DNA from: Tubiluchus corallicola
Taxonomy: Eukaryota > Animalia > Priapulida
Assembly: GCA_030141605.1 (NCBI GenBank)
Contig: JAQGDQ010001249.1
Location: 1 to 52,270, forward strand
Reading direction: 5' to 3'
DNA: 52,270 bases
A program made the position numbers and the translations under genes. Numbering within the stretch: the first letter of the stretch is position 1; each line of letters begins with the position of its first letter. Shown piece after piece: positions 27,901 to 52,270 of the stretch. A model generated the notes under the pieces. It was not told where the DNA came from. It saw only the letters and a program-made list of their open reading frames with translations, and ran no database searches.

Positions 27901-30009
27901 TTACTCTTCCCCAATAAAATCCAACCTTATTCTTTGGGTAATGAAGTCTGTTTTGCGTACCTTTACTTGCAAGCTATTTCCCAGTTGGTAAGTCTTCAGG
28001 CTATGTTGTCCTATCATTTTGTATTGTTCTTCTTTGTAGTAGTAAGTGTCATCAGGTAAGTCCTCTTTGTGAAGAAAGCCTGTGATACCATTGTCTTTCA
28101 TTTGCACGAATAGTCCGTTGTGGTTCATACCTGCTATTAGCCCCTTGTATATCTTATTTTTGTGCTGGTTGATATACTCTATCTCTTTTACTCTTATAGA
28201 AGCGTATTCTGCTTGTGTGGCTATTTGTTCTCGCTCGCTACTATGTTTGCATATTTCATCGTAGAGATCTTTAGATGCAGAACGTTTTCCATCTAAATAG
28301 CGCTGTAATAAGCGGTGTACTATCATATCAGGATAACGGCGTATAGGCGATGTGAAGTGAGTATAGTGGTGAAAAGCCAGCCCGTAATGTCCAATGTTAT
28401 GTGTAGAATACTCTGCTTTGGACATTGTACGTATGGCAAGCATCTCTATGATATCCTTTTGTGGGCTATTTTGTATGCCTTCCAACATCTTATTGATGGA
28501 ATGAGCAAGATCTTTCTCTGTTTTTTTATTTAGCTTGTAGCCAAATTGTTTGACAAAAGAAGTAAGAAAACTAGCTTTCTCTCCATCAGGTAGGTCGTGA
28601 ATACGGTATACGAAAGTTTTCTTAGATTTTTGCTGAGCAATGAGTTGTGCTATGTAACGATTAGCAAGCAACATAAACTCTTCTATAAGATGGTTGGTAT
28701 CTATGGGTTGCTTGGGAATAATATTAATAGGTTTATGATTTTTATCTAATTCTATTTTTATATCAGACCTTTGAAAATTAATAGCTCCTGCTTGTAAGCG
28801 TTTTTGTCTAAGTTTTTTGGCTATCTTATCAAGCACGGTGAGTTCACGACAGTACAATCCTTCTTTTTTATCTATAATTTCTTGTGCTTCTTCATAGTTG
28901 AAGCGTTTGTTGGAGTTAATTACAGAACGACCCACCCATCTACTTACTATCTGTGCATTATCGTCTATTTCAAATAGAGTAGTAAAGCTAAGTTTATCTT
29001 CTTTTTCCCTTAGTGAACACAATTCATTAGATAGACGTTCGGGCAACATAGGAACTACTCTGTCCACTAGATAAACAGAGGTACCTCTTTCAAAGGCTTC
29101 TTTGTCTATAATGTCGTCTTGTTGTATGTAGTACGTTACATCTGCAATATGTACTCCTACCTCAATATTTCCATTTTCAAGAGTTCGCACAGAAAGAGCA
29201 TCATCATAGTCTTTAGCATCTTTAGGGTCTATGGTGAAAGTAAGAGTTTCTCGTAAATCTTTTCGTTTTTTGATTTCTTTTTTGGGTATTTCGGCTGGTA
29301 TCTTGTTGGCTGCATTTTCTATGTTTTCGGGAAATTTATAAGGCAGGTTATACTCCTCTAATATGGAGTGCATCTCAGTTTTATGATTGCCTACTTTGCC
29401 TAGTATTTCCACTACCTCTCCAATGGGTATTTTTCGTTTCCCAGAGTATTCCGTAAGCCTTGCTACTATTCTGTGATAATTCTTGGCTTTATTAAGGTTC
29501 TTAGGTGGAATAAGTATTTTGAAAGAGACATTTCTATCATTGGAAGAAAAGAGAGCATAACTTCCTTCCTTTTCTATTGTTCCTACATACTTTTGTTGAT
29601 TTTTCTTTATGATTTGGACTATTTCACCTTGTTTATGATTTCTTTTTACAACTTCTACTTTATCGCCGTGCAATGCACCATTAAGATTATGCGGAGCTAT
29701 AATAATAGCTTTGCCATTTTCTGTTATTGCACGTGGGCTTTTATGTGAAGAGAACTCAACGGTACCTGTGTATTTTTCTTTTGTATAGGCAAGTTTATAT
29801 CTACCTCGTTTGTCTTCGGATAGTCTTTTTCTTATTGTTAGTTTTTCTAATTCTTGTACGATAGATTGTTTGTCATTGTCTGATTTTAATGACAGTTTTT
29901 TTGCTATTTGTTTGTAGTTGAGAGCCTTGGAGCTTCTTTCTGTAAATAGTTTAAGTATATCTTTTTGTAGTTTTCGTGCTTTTCTGCTTTCTATTTTCTT
30001 TTTTATCAT
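27901..30009 (-). CDS. rnr: Ribonuclease R
   Basis: FTIDP.DAKD.DDA, VHIADV, RGTSVY, IEEFMLLAN, HFTSPIRRYPD, C-terminal S1; start at ATG 30009 or TTG 30018. Confidence 0.95.
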   Translation of the reverse strand: MIKKKIESRKARKLQKDILKLFTERSSKALNYKQIAKKLSLKSDNDKQSIVQELEKLTIRKRLSEDKRGRYKLAYTKEKYTGTVEFSSHKSPRAITENGKAIIIAPHNLNGALHGDKVEVVKRNHKQGEIVQIIKKNQQKYVGTIEKEGSYALFSSNDRNVSFKILIPPKNLNKAKNYHRIVARLTEYSGKRKIPIGEVVEILGKVGNHKTEMHSILEEYNLPYKFPENIENAANKIPAEIPKKEIKKRKDLRETLTFTIDPKDAKDYDDALSVRTLENGNIEVGVHIADVTYYIQQDDIIDKEAFERGTSVYLVDRVVPMLPERLSNELCSLREKEDKLSFTTLFEIDDNAQIVSRWVGRSVINSNKRFNYEEAQEIIDKKEGLYCRELTVLDKIAKKLRQKRLQAGAINFQRSDIKIELDKNHKPINIIPKQPIDTNHLIEEFMLLANRYIAQLIAQQKSKKTFVYRIHDLPDGEKASFLTSFVKQFGYKLNKKTEKDLAHSINKMLEGIQNSPQKDIIEMLAIRTMSKAEYSTHNIGHYGLAFHHYTHFTSPIRRYPDMIVHRLLQRYLDGKRSASKDLYDEICKHSSEREQIATQAEYASIRVKEIEYINQHKNKIYKGLIAGMNHNGLFVQMKDNGITGFLHKEDLPDDTYYYKEEQYKMIGQHSLKTYQLGNSLQVKVRKTDFITQRIRLDFIGEE

Positions 30010-30236
30010 TTGTTTCAATTAACACGCAATATGGTGTTTTAATGCTGAGAGTTGCAAGTTTGCAAGCTCTACAATTTATTCTATTCAGTACTTATTTAAA
30101 TATAATGCTTTTTTTTGTTATTTGCTGTATTTCGGAGATGTTTTTTACAGATTGGGAACAAGACAATACCTTAATATAGTAATACAGTCTTATTCAGAAA
30201 GAGAAAAGGCAATGTGCTATGTATTGTTATCTTTTT

Positions 30237-30659
30237 TTATTGGTGATATTCTCTTTGCGAAAAGAAAAAACGACTTTCTATATCTGCATTTTCATCACTG
30301 TCAGAGCCGTGAACAGCATTTTTTTGCATACTTTCTGCGTATAGCTTTCTTATAGTTCCTTCTGCAGCTTTTTCAGGATTAGTAGCTCCTATTAATTTGC
30401 GGAAATCTTCTACAGCATTAGCTTTTTGTAAGGTTGCTGCTACTATAGGCCCTGAGGTCATAAAACTAACAAGTTCATCAAAGAAAGGCTGTTTTTTATG
30501 GATGGCGTAGAATTGCTGTGCATCTTCTTTGGTCAATTGGGTGTATTTCATTGCTATTATCTTAAAACCTGCATTATTTATCATTGCCAATATATTCCCT
30601 ATGTTCCCTGCCTCAACAGCGTTAGGCTTTATCATTGTAAATGTGGTATTATTTGCCAT
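30237..30659 (-). CDS. ndk: Nucleoside diphosphate kinase
   Basis: [24 protein letters not shown]. Confidence 0.97.
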   Translation of the reverse strand: MANNTTFTMIKPNAVEAGNIGNILAMINNAGFKIIAMKYTQLTKEDAQQFYAIHKKQPFFDELVSFMTSGPIVAATLQKANAVEDFRKLIGATNPEKAAEGTIRKLYAESMQKNAVHGSDSDENADIESRFFFSQREYHQ

Positions 30660-30671
30660 ATTTTTGTTTCT

Positions 30672-31463
30672 TTAACTATTTATTTTTTCTTTAAAATATT
30701 CTATTGATTTAAATAAGCCTTCTTTGAGCTGAATTTCAGGTTCCCAGTCTGACAGCTTTTCTTTGGCAAGGTTAATGTCTGGTTGTCTTTGTGTAGGGTC
30801 GTCTTTAGGTAAATCTAAAAATTTCAATTTGGATTTTGAATTTGTAAGCTCTATAATCTTTTCAGCTAGTTCTATCATTGTAAATTCGTTAGGGTTTCCT
30901 ATGTTTATAGGTGTTACAAGACTATCATTTGCATTCATTAGTCTTATTAATCCCTCTATAAGGTCATCTACGTATTGAAAACTGCGAGTTTGTTTTCCAT
31001 TTCCATATATAGTAATATCTTCTCCTTTCAAGGCTTGTACAATGAAATTAGATACTACTCTACCATCGCTAGGGTTCATACGTGGTCCATAGGTGTTGAA
31101 TATTCTTGCTATTCTTATATTGACTTTATTTTGTAGGTAGTAATCTGTAAAAAGAGTTTCGGCACATCTTTTACCTTCATCGTAACACGAACGTAACCCA
31201 ATGGGGTTTACATTGCCCCAATAATCTTCTACTTGTGGATGTATTTCAGGGTCGCCATACACTTCGCTAGTAGAGGCTTGCAATATTTTGGCTTTTACTC
31301 TTTTAGCTAAACCAAGCATATTGATAGCTCCCATTACCGATGTTTTTATTGTCTTTATGGGGTTGTATTGATAGTGTATTGGCGAAGCAGGGCAAGCAAG
31401 GTTGTATATTTCATCTACTTCAGCATAGTAAGGGCTGGTAATGTCGTGTCTAACCAACTCAAA
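30672..31463 (-). pseudogene. UDP-glucuronate decarboxylase (UXS-like), 5'-truncated
   Basis: [42 protein letters not shown] are present. The N-terminal TGGAGFIG Rossmann segment is absent and replaced by the inverted rnr copy. Confidence 0.85.
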
Positions 31464-31676
31464 AAAGCATTATATTTAAACAAGTACTGAATAGAATAAA
31501 TTGTAGAGTTTGCAAACTTGCAGCTCTCAGCAGCATTAAAACACCATATTGCGTGTTAATTGAAACAAATGATAAAAAAGAAAATAGGAAGCAGAAAAGC
31601 ACGAAAACTACAAACGGACATACTTAAACTATTTACAAAAAGAAGCTCCAAAACTCTCAACTACAAACAAATAGCA
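31461..31676 (+). pseudogene. Inverted, diverged duplicate of the rnr upstream region and first ~39 codons
   Basis: Reverse complement of 29902-30114 with about 10 substitutions and a 3-bp (CAG) insertion; MIKKKIGSRKARKLQTDILKLFTKRSSKTLNYKQIA. Confidence 0.92.
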
Positions 31677-31760
31677 TTTGTGTACTATTCACATCACTGC
31701 TCACGTCGTGTATTACTCACGTCACTGCTCAAATCACTGCTCACGTCGTGTACTACTCAC

Positions 31761-45372
<13,612 letters not shown>

Positions 45373-45589
45373 AATGATGAAGAGATTTTTGAAGAATTAC
45401 AGGTACAGGTGTTCATTCCAGGAAGACTCCACATAAATTTGTGAATTTAACAGCTGCAAACTCTGAAAAGTGGTAACGAGTTACATTTTGAAAAATTAGT
45501 TATATCATTACAATTCTACTAGTAAGGGGCCATCCACATAATAAAAAAGCTAATGTTTGATTCATAGAATTGCAGAATGTGTGTTCAAA

Positions 45590-46115
45590 TGATTATTCAA
45601 GTGACATGGTTGGCATCCTTCCGTCTCGGAAGACAATGGAGTGTGCGCCTAGAGAGTCAGTTATTGATCACATTGATGGAGCTGCAGCGTCGACTGTGGC
45701 TGAGCAGTCCGATCCTTGAACGTCTCCAGCTCGCACGCCTGGGCAAGGTGTATGGGGATCCTGAGTTGCCCAGACAACAGGAACCCCCTCTCTTCCTCCC
45801 TGGTGTAGTCCAAAGGAAAGCGGAGCGATACGTTTGGCACTAGGTTGGCTGCAGGGGCTGCTGGAGTCAGTGAGCATGCTGCACTGGTCCACCTTCGGGG
45901 CTCCACTCCTGATTTGGAAGGTTTACTTCTCTACACATGGCCATTGGGTCACTTGACGTCCTCCGCCCTCTGGCCGTTAGCTGCTTGTGCAGTTCCTCCG
46001 CCTAGTGTCGCGATACCTTGTGGGCATCCCGCCAGCCTACAGCACCTGGTATTCCTAGGCAGTCACCCATACAAGTACTAACCAGGGTCCACGTTACTTA
46101 ACTTGGGTGATCAGA
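45590..46115 (-). mobile_element. Candidate 5S rRNA-derived SINE (SINE3-like)
   Basis: 46034-46115 matches the 3' two-thirds of eukaryotic 5S rRNA (..GTTAGTACTTGTATGGGTGACTGCCTAGGAATACCAGGTGCTGTAGGCT). It continues into a GC-rich body and a tail resembling a LINE ORF2 C-terminus (..IPIHLAQACELETFK). Confidence 0.6.
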
Positions 46116-47158
46116 AACAGAAAAATGATAGCTAAAATGGTGTGATAAAATATTGTCAGTATCTTTAAGATTCCAGAAAACCGTGATCCAGGAATCCACA
46201 TAAAATAAGCGTTTGTGAAATAATTTAAAATTTTGATCAATTTAGTATTGACAAACTGATATATGTAAGTCTACAACTAATAACTGCTAATTAAATTATT
46301 AATCACAAAGGGATAGTATTACCCTTGAAGTGATTTTAATGTCAGACAACACTTTTTGCAATGAAAAGAAGCCTTCCCTACCATTCACTGAGACGTTATA
46401 AAGTTTTTGGCTTGTTGATGGTCAGAGATTTCTAAAATCGAGTGTTTGAGTTCTCTGTAATGAAATTTCAAAGTAGCATTATACGGGTACTTTTTAGATA
46501 TCATGAAATTATCTACAAGTGTCCCTAAACGCTCCCAAAATATCCTTATTTGTAGAAAATGCATTGCCCAACCCAACTAGGCATGCTTAAGGCGGTCCTT
46601 CCCCCTACCTGCAACTTCGTCACTACCTGGGATTGCAAGCTGCCCCACGAATGCCGTTTCGTTTTGGAAACCACAGCATTTCTGGCTTGCATCGGTCAAA
46701 GTTTCACAAAGACCCGCCATGTTTCAGAAACATGAGAAAATAGCAGTTATCACTAATTCTTGAAATTAAACTATCTACAACATGCAGTTAAACTGTAAAC
46801 AGTAATACAGTTGCAGTCATGGTCAATCACATCATAAATAACACAATTTTTACGTACAATTGCTGCCTTCCCAGGCAAGTAGGAACACAACATGAGAAAC
46901 CTCAAACTCCTCAAAACAGTACACGGAGACAGTAAACTCAGTAACTTATAACGACCACTACAGGAACCAAGCGGAGCCCAGAGTCAGGTTGCTTTAGAAC
47001 ACAAAAATGGACAGAGTGTGGCGTTGCGTCACTGTGATAGTTTGGTATTAATATATGACATACGCTGTCGAAACGATCGTCTGCGTTTAAAACTCCATGT
47101 TGATTCCTAGATTCTGTCTCTTAGATAAGTATATTATCTAATGTTGATTCCTAGATAA

Positions 47159-47586
47159 TAGGGGTGAGCATTCTCTACCAAAAAGCGAATTCGAATCGAA
47201 CCGAATTTGTGACTTTCGAATTCGAATCGAACCGAACTTCAGTGTTTCGAATTCGAATTGAGATCGAAAGATTTTCGAACAAGTTTTCGAACCACCAACA
47301 AAAATTAGTCTTACAAAGATCATGCATATCACTAGATTTTGTTCTGCAATAAAACGACTAGTAATTTCTTTAAAATTGTGTGCAGAAATCACAGCTAAAT
47401 TATGCTAATTGCATGATGTTTCAATCGTTTTAGTGATAAAGAACATGTGTGATTGAAGTGCTGAATTATTCGAATTTATAGTTTGGGATTCGAATGGAGT
47501 TCGAACTAAAAAACTCGTTCGAATCGAATTCGAGCGTTCGAATTCGATTCGAACGTTCGAACTCGAACGTTCGATGCTCACCCCTA
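47159..47586. mobile_element. hAT-type MITE, family 3 copy A (TTCGAA-rich)
   Basis: TIR TAGGGGTGAGCAT; perfect 8-bp TSD CTAGATAA. Confidence 0.9.
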
Positions 47587-48160
47587 CTAGATAAGTATAT
47601 TAAAGTTTATTAAAAATTCTTGTAAATTGAAGGTTAAATTACATACATTAATTAAGATACGAAGTTCAAATTACAATTAAACTACATTACATTAAAACGA
47701 CTTTACTGGAACAACTTTATCAAACTAAGGCTCAAACAACAGTAACTCTTATGGACTATATCTTATCTGATCCTTTATGCACTGAGATTTACAAGCAAAC
47801 TAAATGTTTCAAATAAAAAAACATAATTATTGTCAACCTGTCCATCTGTTATAATGAAAGTCTTTGCTGTCACGCCATTGATGTATGAGTTTGTATATTT
47901 CGTGGATAAATGGCGCTAGCAGGTCGAGAGCGGTGAACAATAATCAACAGATGGTCGAATACATGTGTGAACAAATTTTTTAAAATACAAGTATTTTATT
48001 TGTATTTACTTACTGTATTTACAAAATCCATTGCCTCATCGCATTTGTATTTTACGTTTTAAATAAAAACGGAGTTAAAACAATTGATTCTGCCAAACTG
48101 TGACGGCTTCACATCGCACGCACAGATACAAACACGTGCACTACATTAGCAATGAGGACA

Positions 48161-50468
48161 TTAAGTTGCTGTTGTTGAAGGTTCATTGCGATCTACTCCA
48201 AACAGAATTTCTGCAGTTGATTCACAAATAAACCGAAACTCTATTGAGCAAGGAACATCATGCCACTTGGGTTCCGTTCCATAGAAAGCCACGCAAGCCT
48301 CACCAGTACCAGCATTGTCTGGTTGGTAAGTGGACCAATCAGCAAAGATTGCCGGATGTCCATTAGCAAACCATCTCCAATTTCCCTCATCATGGATGTC
48401 TGTTAAGCCAATGTAGAATGTTGCACTATCTGTAAAAGACCACAGCAGTTATAATTTTAAGGTTTGCTCGTTGTGAACTGTAAATCTCAGATACTTGACA
48501 AGGAATGGTTGCAGATATAGAAGTGTTGTATTGAAACTTTAAAACTCAACAGACAAAGTTATAGGAAAAGCCAAGTACCTTGGAAAGTTGAGCTTATTTT
48601 AATATTTGAGAAAAGTGTTATAAAGTTTTGGCAGCAAGATTGTGATAAGCGTCTTACGTAATTAGTAAAACGAATTTAAGGTCATGATCACATTTTGAAC
48701 AAAAAATGACGTCACCCGGATACAGTCAAATATAAACGCTTACCTACCAGGCGCTTGAGGAAACATTTTTGCAGCTGCAGTTACAAACATTTCAAAACGT
48801 TAAGCGAGACGTTATTAAATAATACGTTTTGCTTTTTGTTGAATCTCGTTCGACGTTATGAAATAAAAATCAGTTATCAGTTTTAATTGCTGAACTTTGA
48901 GTAAAAATGCACAAACAATGGCGCTCGTAGGTAAAATTAGTGGGGGCGCTGCAAAATTAAAGGTTTTTCAAGCATTGTTTTAATACTGTGTAAACCGAAA
49001 CAAACACATGTAGTTTTAATGTTGTGATTGTAATTTTTTACTAATAAACAAACGTTATAAATAAACTTGATATAAACTCCTAAACAAAATATATTGTTTC
49101 CTTACGAATAGCCTAAATTGTCGAAGTTCAAGAATTTGCCGATACGCGGCTTTTAAGCACGTGGCAACAGAGAACACGTACTGCAGTGAGCGACAGTGCT
49201 CGTTCTAGCTATTGTAAAGCGTCTTATCTCAGACATGTGCGCACGGACGCATGCGCACAACAGCCAAACACCACACTGCTTGGGCTGTGAAGCAAACAGT
49301 ACTACCTTCATGTGCTTCAGTTCTGTACAAGTATAAAGAAAGAACTCAAGACAAAAGACTTATTATATTGAATGTTATCGATAATGATGAGTGAAAACAG
49401 GGGGTGCTGTCGGAAAATCCGCTTTAAACCAAGCCTGGCTTCTTTGGTGGCCTTACAATATTATTTAGATCGTATGCTTCGTTCATGCATGTGTAATCAT
49501 GCGTTTAGTTAACCTTGCCTATAAAAAGGAAGTGTCACCGCTGATCGGGGTGACCACCCATCAGCAGGTACCACAAAAGGTGGTCCCATTTTTCTTGTTT
49601 TTTATATAGACCTATATGTGAGATTATTTAAAGTGCTGTGAATTATGTGATTATTTTTCTTATGATTTGTAACTTAATTTGAAATGTAAAGTGTAACAGT
49701 AAAATTTGAATTTTGTTAATAAAGTGTGTTATTAGTGTGGCCACAATTCATACAAATCGTTCGTTATGTTTCTCTAATGACTATTTTTGACTGAATTATT
49801 TTCACAGCACAATTAATGCAAAATCACAGGTAAGAGCAAGTCAATCAATACCCATTAAGGTTTAAGCGTAATGCAATCTTTCTGATTGCAATAAATTAGA
49901 CATAAATTAGTGTTAACAGTGCACGATCAGGACAGGCTCTCTCCCTCTCTTTAACAGTGCACGATCAGGACAGGCTCTCTCTCCCTCTCTTTAACAGTGC
50001 ACGATCAGGATAGGCTCCCTCCCTCTCTTTAATAAAGCTACTTGGCATCAAATTCAATTTTTCGATAGGCGCTGCAGTTCCACAGTGGCGCCACTGTGCA
50101 CAAAGCAGTTAACTTACCATATTCCGTTCTGATACGATCCGCCAGGAACTGATTTTCCTCGGTCGTTTCTATGGCGACCATTTCTTCACCAATCATCTTA
50201 CAGTCCATAAATGCTTCCCAAGCAGACTTTACTGTTTCGCTGAATTGGTAACAGTGGCCGTTAAAGTATTCTCCGCCATTTCTGCATCCGTTACTTGCAG
50301 CCACGTCTGAAATTCCTGTCCCGCTTGATAATAAAGTCAGTACCTAAACAGCAAAATTAAGAAACTCAAAGCCAACAGTATGAACTAACACTGATTGTCT
50401 GTCTTTTATTATGATGGTCAATGTTTTCAAAAAGGCAAATAAAGATTTTACTACTACTACCGCTACCA

Positions 50469-50511
<43 letters not shown>

Positions 50512-50979
50512 CACTACCACTACCACTACCACTACCACTACCACTACCACTACCACCACCACCACCACCACCACCACCACCACTACCACTACCACTACCA
50601 CTACCACTACCACTACCACTACCACTACCACTACCACTACCACTACCACTACCACTACCACTACCACTACCACTACCACTACCACTACCACTACCACTAC
50701 CACTACCACTACCACTACCACTACCACTACCACTACCACTACCACTACCACTACCACTACCACTACCACTACCACTACCACTACCACTACCACTACCACT
50801 ACTACTACTACTACTAATTAAAGCACGGCACTGTGACATTTTACCTGGCAAACGTTATAACAGTTGTGGTTACTCAGCGGAAGTGGATTGGGTCTTTCAC
50901 TGGGACGGTAACTAAAGACCGCACCATCTGTTACTCCACTCACAGTTAAAACCATCCAGAGTAGCAATCCTGATCCCAT
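48161..50979 (-). CDS. Secreted single-domain C-type lectin (3 exons, ~209 aa)
   Basis: Exons 50979-50845 (signal peptide MGSGLLLWMVLTVSGVTDG-A), 50343-50118 (GHCYQF..A...C...MVAIET.EEN.FL) and 48429-48161 (FYIGLTD..EG.WRW, QPDN, EACV, WHDVPC, FICE, stop). All GT-AG with compatible phases. Confidence 0.9.
49913..50032. repeat. ~39-bp tandem repeat, 3 units
   Basis: TTAACAGTGCACGATCAGGA(C/T)AGGCTC...CCCTCTCT. Confidence 0.85.
50449..50816. repeat. (CTA)/(CCA)/(CTACCA)n microsatellite in lectin intron 1
   Basis: Tri- and hexanucleotide run lying between lectin exons. Confidence 0.95.
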
Positions 50980-51048
50980 GTCTTGAACAAAAACAAGAGA
51001 GTGCGATGTAATTTTTGAAGTACATTACATTTTTGTCCTCACCACTCA

Positions 51049-51215
51049 TTGTTATCATTATCAAGACTGTTTTGCTATTGTCGTCATAGTAACAGAGCAA
51101 GCATTTCAATATTACTAGCTTTGTTATCATTGCCAAGACTGTTTTGCCATTGTCGTCATAGTAACAGAGCAAACATTTCAATATTACTAGCTTTGTTATC
51201 ATTGTCAAGACTGTT
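51049..51215. repeat. 72-bp tandem repeat, ~2.3 units
   Basis: TTGTTATCATT..CAAGACTGTT at 51049, 51121 and 51193. Confidence 0.85.
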
Positions 51216-51522
51216 ATAGGCAGAGTCTATTATACACTAATTAAGTAGTTAACAGAACTCAAATAGGTAATGGCCAATGATTGGCTTGTAAATTATGTGC
51301 AAATTAAGCACGTGCCGCCACCTATTGAACTGAAAGAAAAAGTATTACAAAATAAATTTCATTTTTCATACGGTGATTATACTTTGTTATTCTGGTGCAT
51401 TATGTGTAAGATCTCAGTCCCTAAATAAAGACCTTCGCTTTTTCTACATCCATAAACGTTATTAAAGTTGATTTTATTTTGCCGCTGGCATAGTTTTGCA
51501 AGGCCTGTATGTGAATGTACAT

Positions 51523-51915
51523 TAGGGGTGAGCATTCTCTACCAGAAAGCGAATTTCAATCGAACCAAATTTGTGACTTTCGAATTCGAATTCGAACTTC
51601 AGTGTTTCGAATTCGAACCGAATTCAAATTGAGATCGAAAGATTTTCGAGCAAGTTTTGGAACCACCAGTAAAAATTAGTCTTACAAAGATCATGCATAT
51701 CACTAGATTTTGTTCTGCAATAAAACGACTAGTTATTTCTTTAAAACTTAGAAATCACTGCTAAATTATGCTAATTGCATGATGTTTCAATCGTTTTAGT
51801 GGTAAAGAACATATGTGATTGAAGTGCTGAATTATTCGAATCTATAGTTTTGGATTCTAATCGAGTTCGAACTAAAAAAACTCGTTCGAACTCGAACGTT
51901 CGATGCTCACCCCTA
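51523..51915. mobile_element. hAT-type MITE, family 3 copy B
   Basis: Same TIR and body as 47159-47586; TSD ATGTACAT/CTGTACAT. Confidence 0.88.
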
Positions 51916-52227
51916 CTGTACATTACTATTCACTGGACTATTTTAAATCCGTGAGTAATCAAATTGCTAAATTCTTAATGCAGGTAAATCATATTATGAG
52001 CAGGTTTAACTTATTGCAAAATTAATAAATTCCAAATGAAATTCGTTTATAAGTTACAATAGTGACACAGTTCATGATTGCAGCCATATTGTACAAGTTG
52101 CTGGACTATTTGTACACTGAGTTTTTTAACTGTTTGTACTGGATTTACACGTGTAAGAAAACGATTCTTGCAATAAGGACATTTTTGTAAATAATTTTCT
52201 CAAATAAAGAATTATGCTAATAACAAT

Positions 52228-52270
52228 ACACATTTTATAACACATAAACACATAAACACACATTTTATAA
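52228..52270. repeat. Start of another ~22-bp ACACAT minisatellite
   Basis: Same unit as 32208-33441. Confidence 0.8.

Noticed and set aside
2611-30978. Numerous short antisense or overlapping ORFs in the bacterial part
   Set aside because: Shadows of well-supported genes, with no recognisable motifs.
31461-31676. Simple fold-back (amplification or library) artefact
   Set aside because: The copy differs by ~10 mostly transition substitutions and a 3-bp insertion, whereas a fold-back should be identical. Other misassembly routes remain possible.
46034-46115. Functional 5S rRNA gene
   Set aside because: The 5' third is degenerate, and there is no T-run terminator after the 3' end.
50344-50915. 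Poly-Val, poly-Thr, Gly-Ser and Leu-Pro ORFs (mucin- or silk-like)
   Set aside because: They are translations of a microsatellite inside lectin intron 1.

Overview
The window is a two-kingdom mosaic. Bases 1-~31,676 are gene-dense, AT-rich Bacteroidota DNA with TAnnTTTG -7 promoters. In order it carries: rlmD (partial), an outer-membrane barrel, a tandem array of four mosaic surface lipoproteins (DUF5018-like stalk repeats plus GLUG-motif solenoid), GT2, a UbiA-family prenyltransferase, argG with an ArgA-like GNAT, mtaB, ribBA, a gldA-like ABC ATPase, an SDR, an alternative complex III operon with actCDEF but no actAB, trkAH, rnr, ndk and a 5'-truncated UDP-glucuronate decarboxylase. From ~31,677 to the end the DNA is animal-like, probably invertebrate. 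It holds a spliced minus-strand FAAH-family amidase gene (9 coding exons traced), a 3-exon secreted C-type lectin, hAT- and piggyBac-type MITEs, a 5S-derived SINE-like element and many satellites. The junction lies 85 bp into an intron of the amidase gene. It is formed by a ~95%-identical, transition-rich inverted copy of the rnr 5' end. An assembly chimera between a host and an associated bacterium is the default explanation. A genuine integration cannot be excluded from sequence alone, and read data would decide it.
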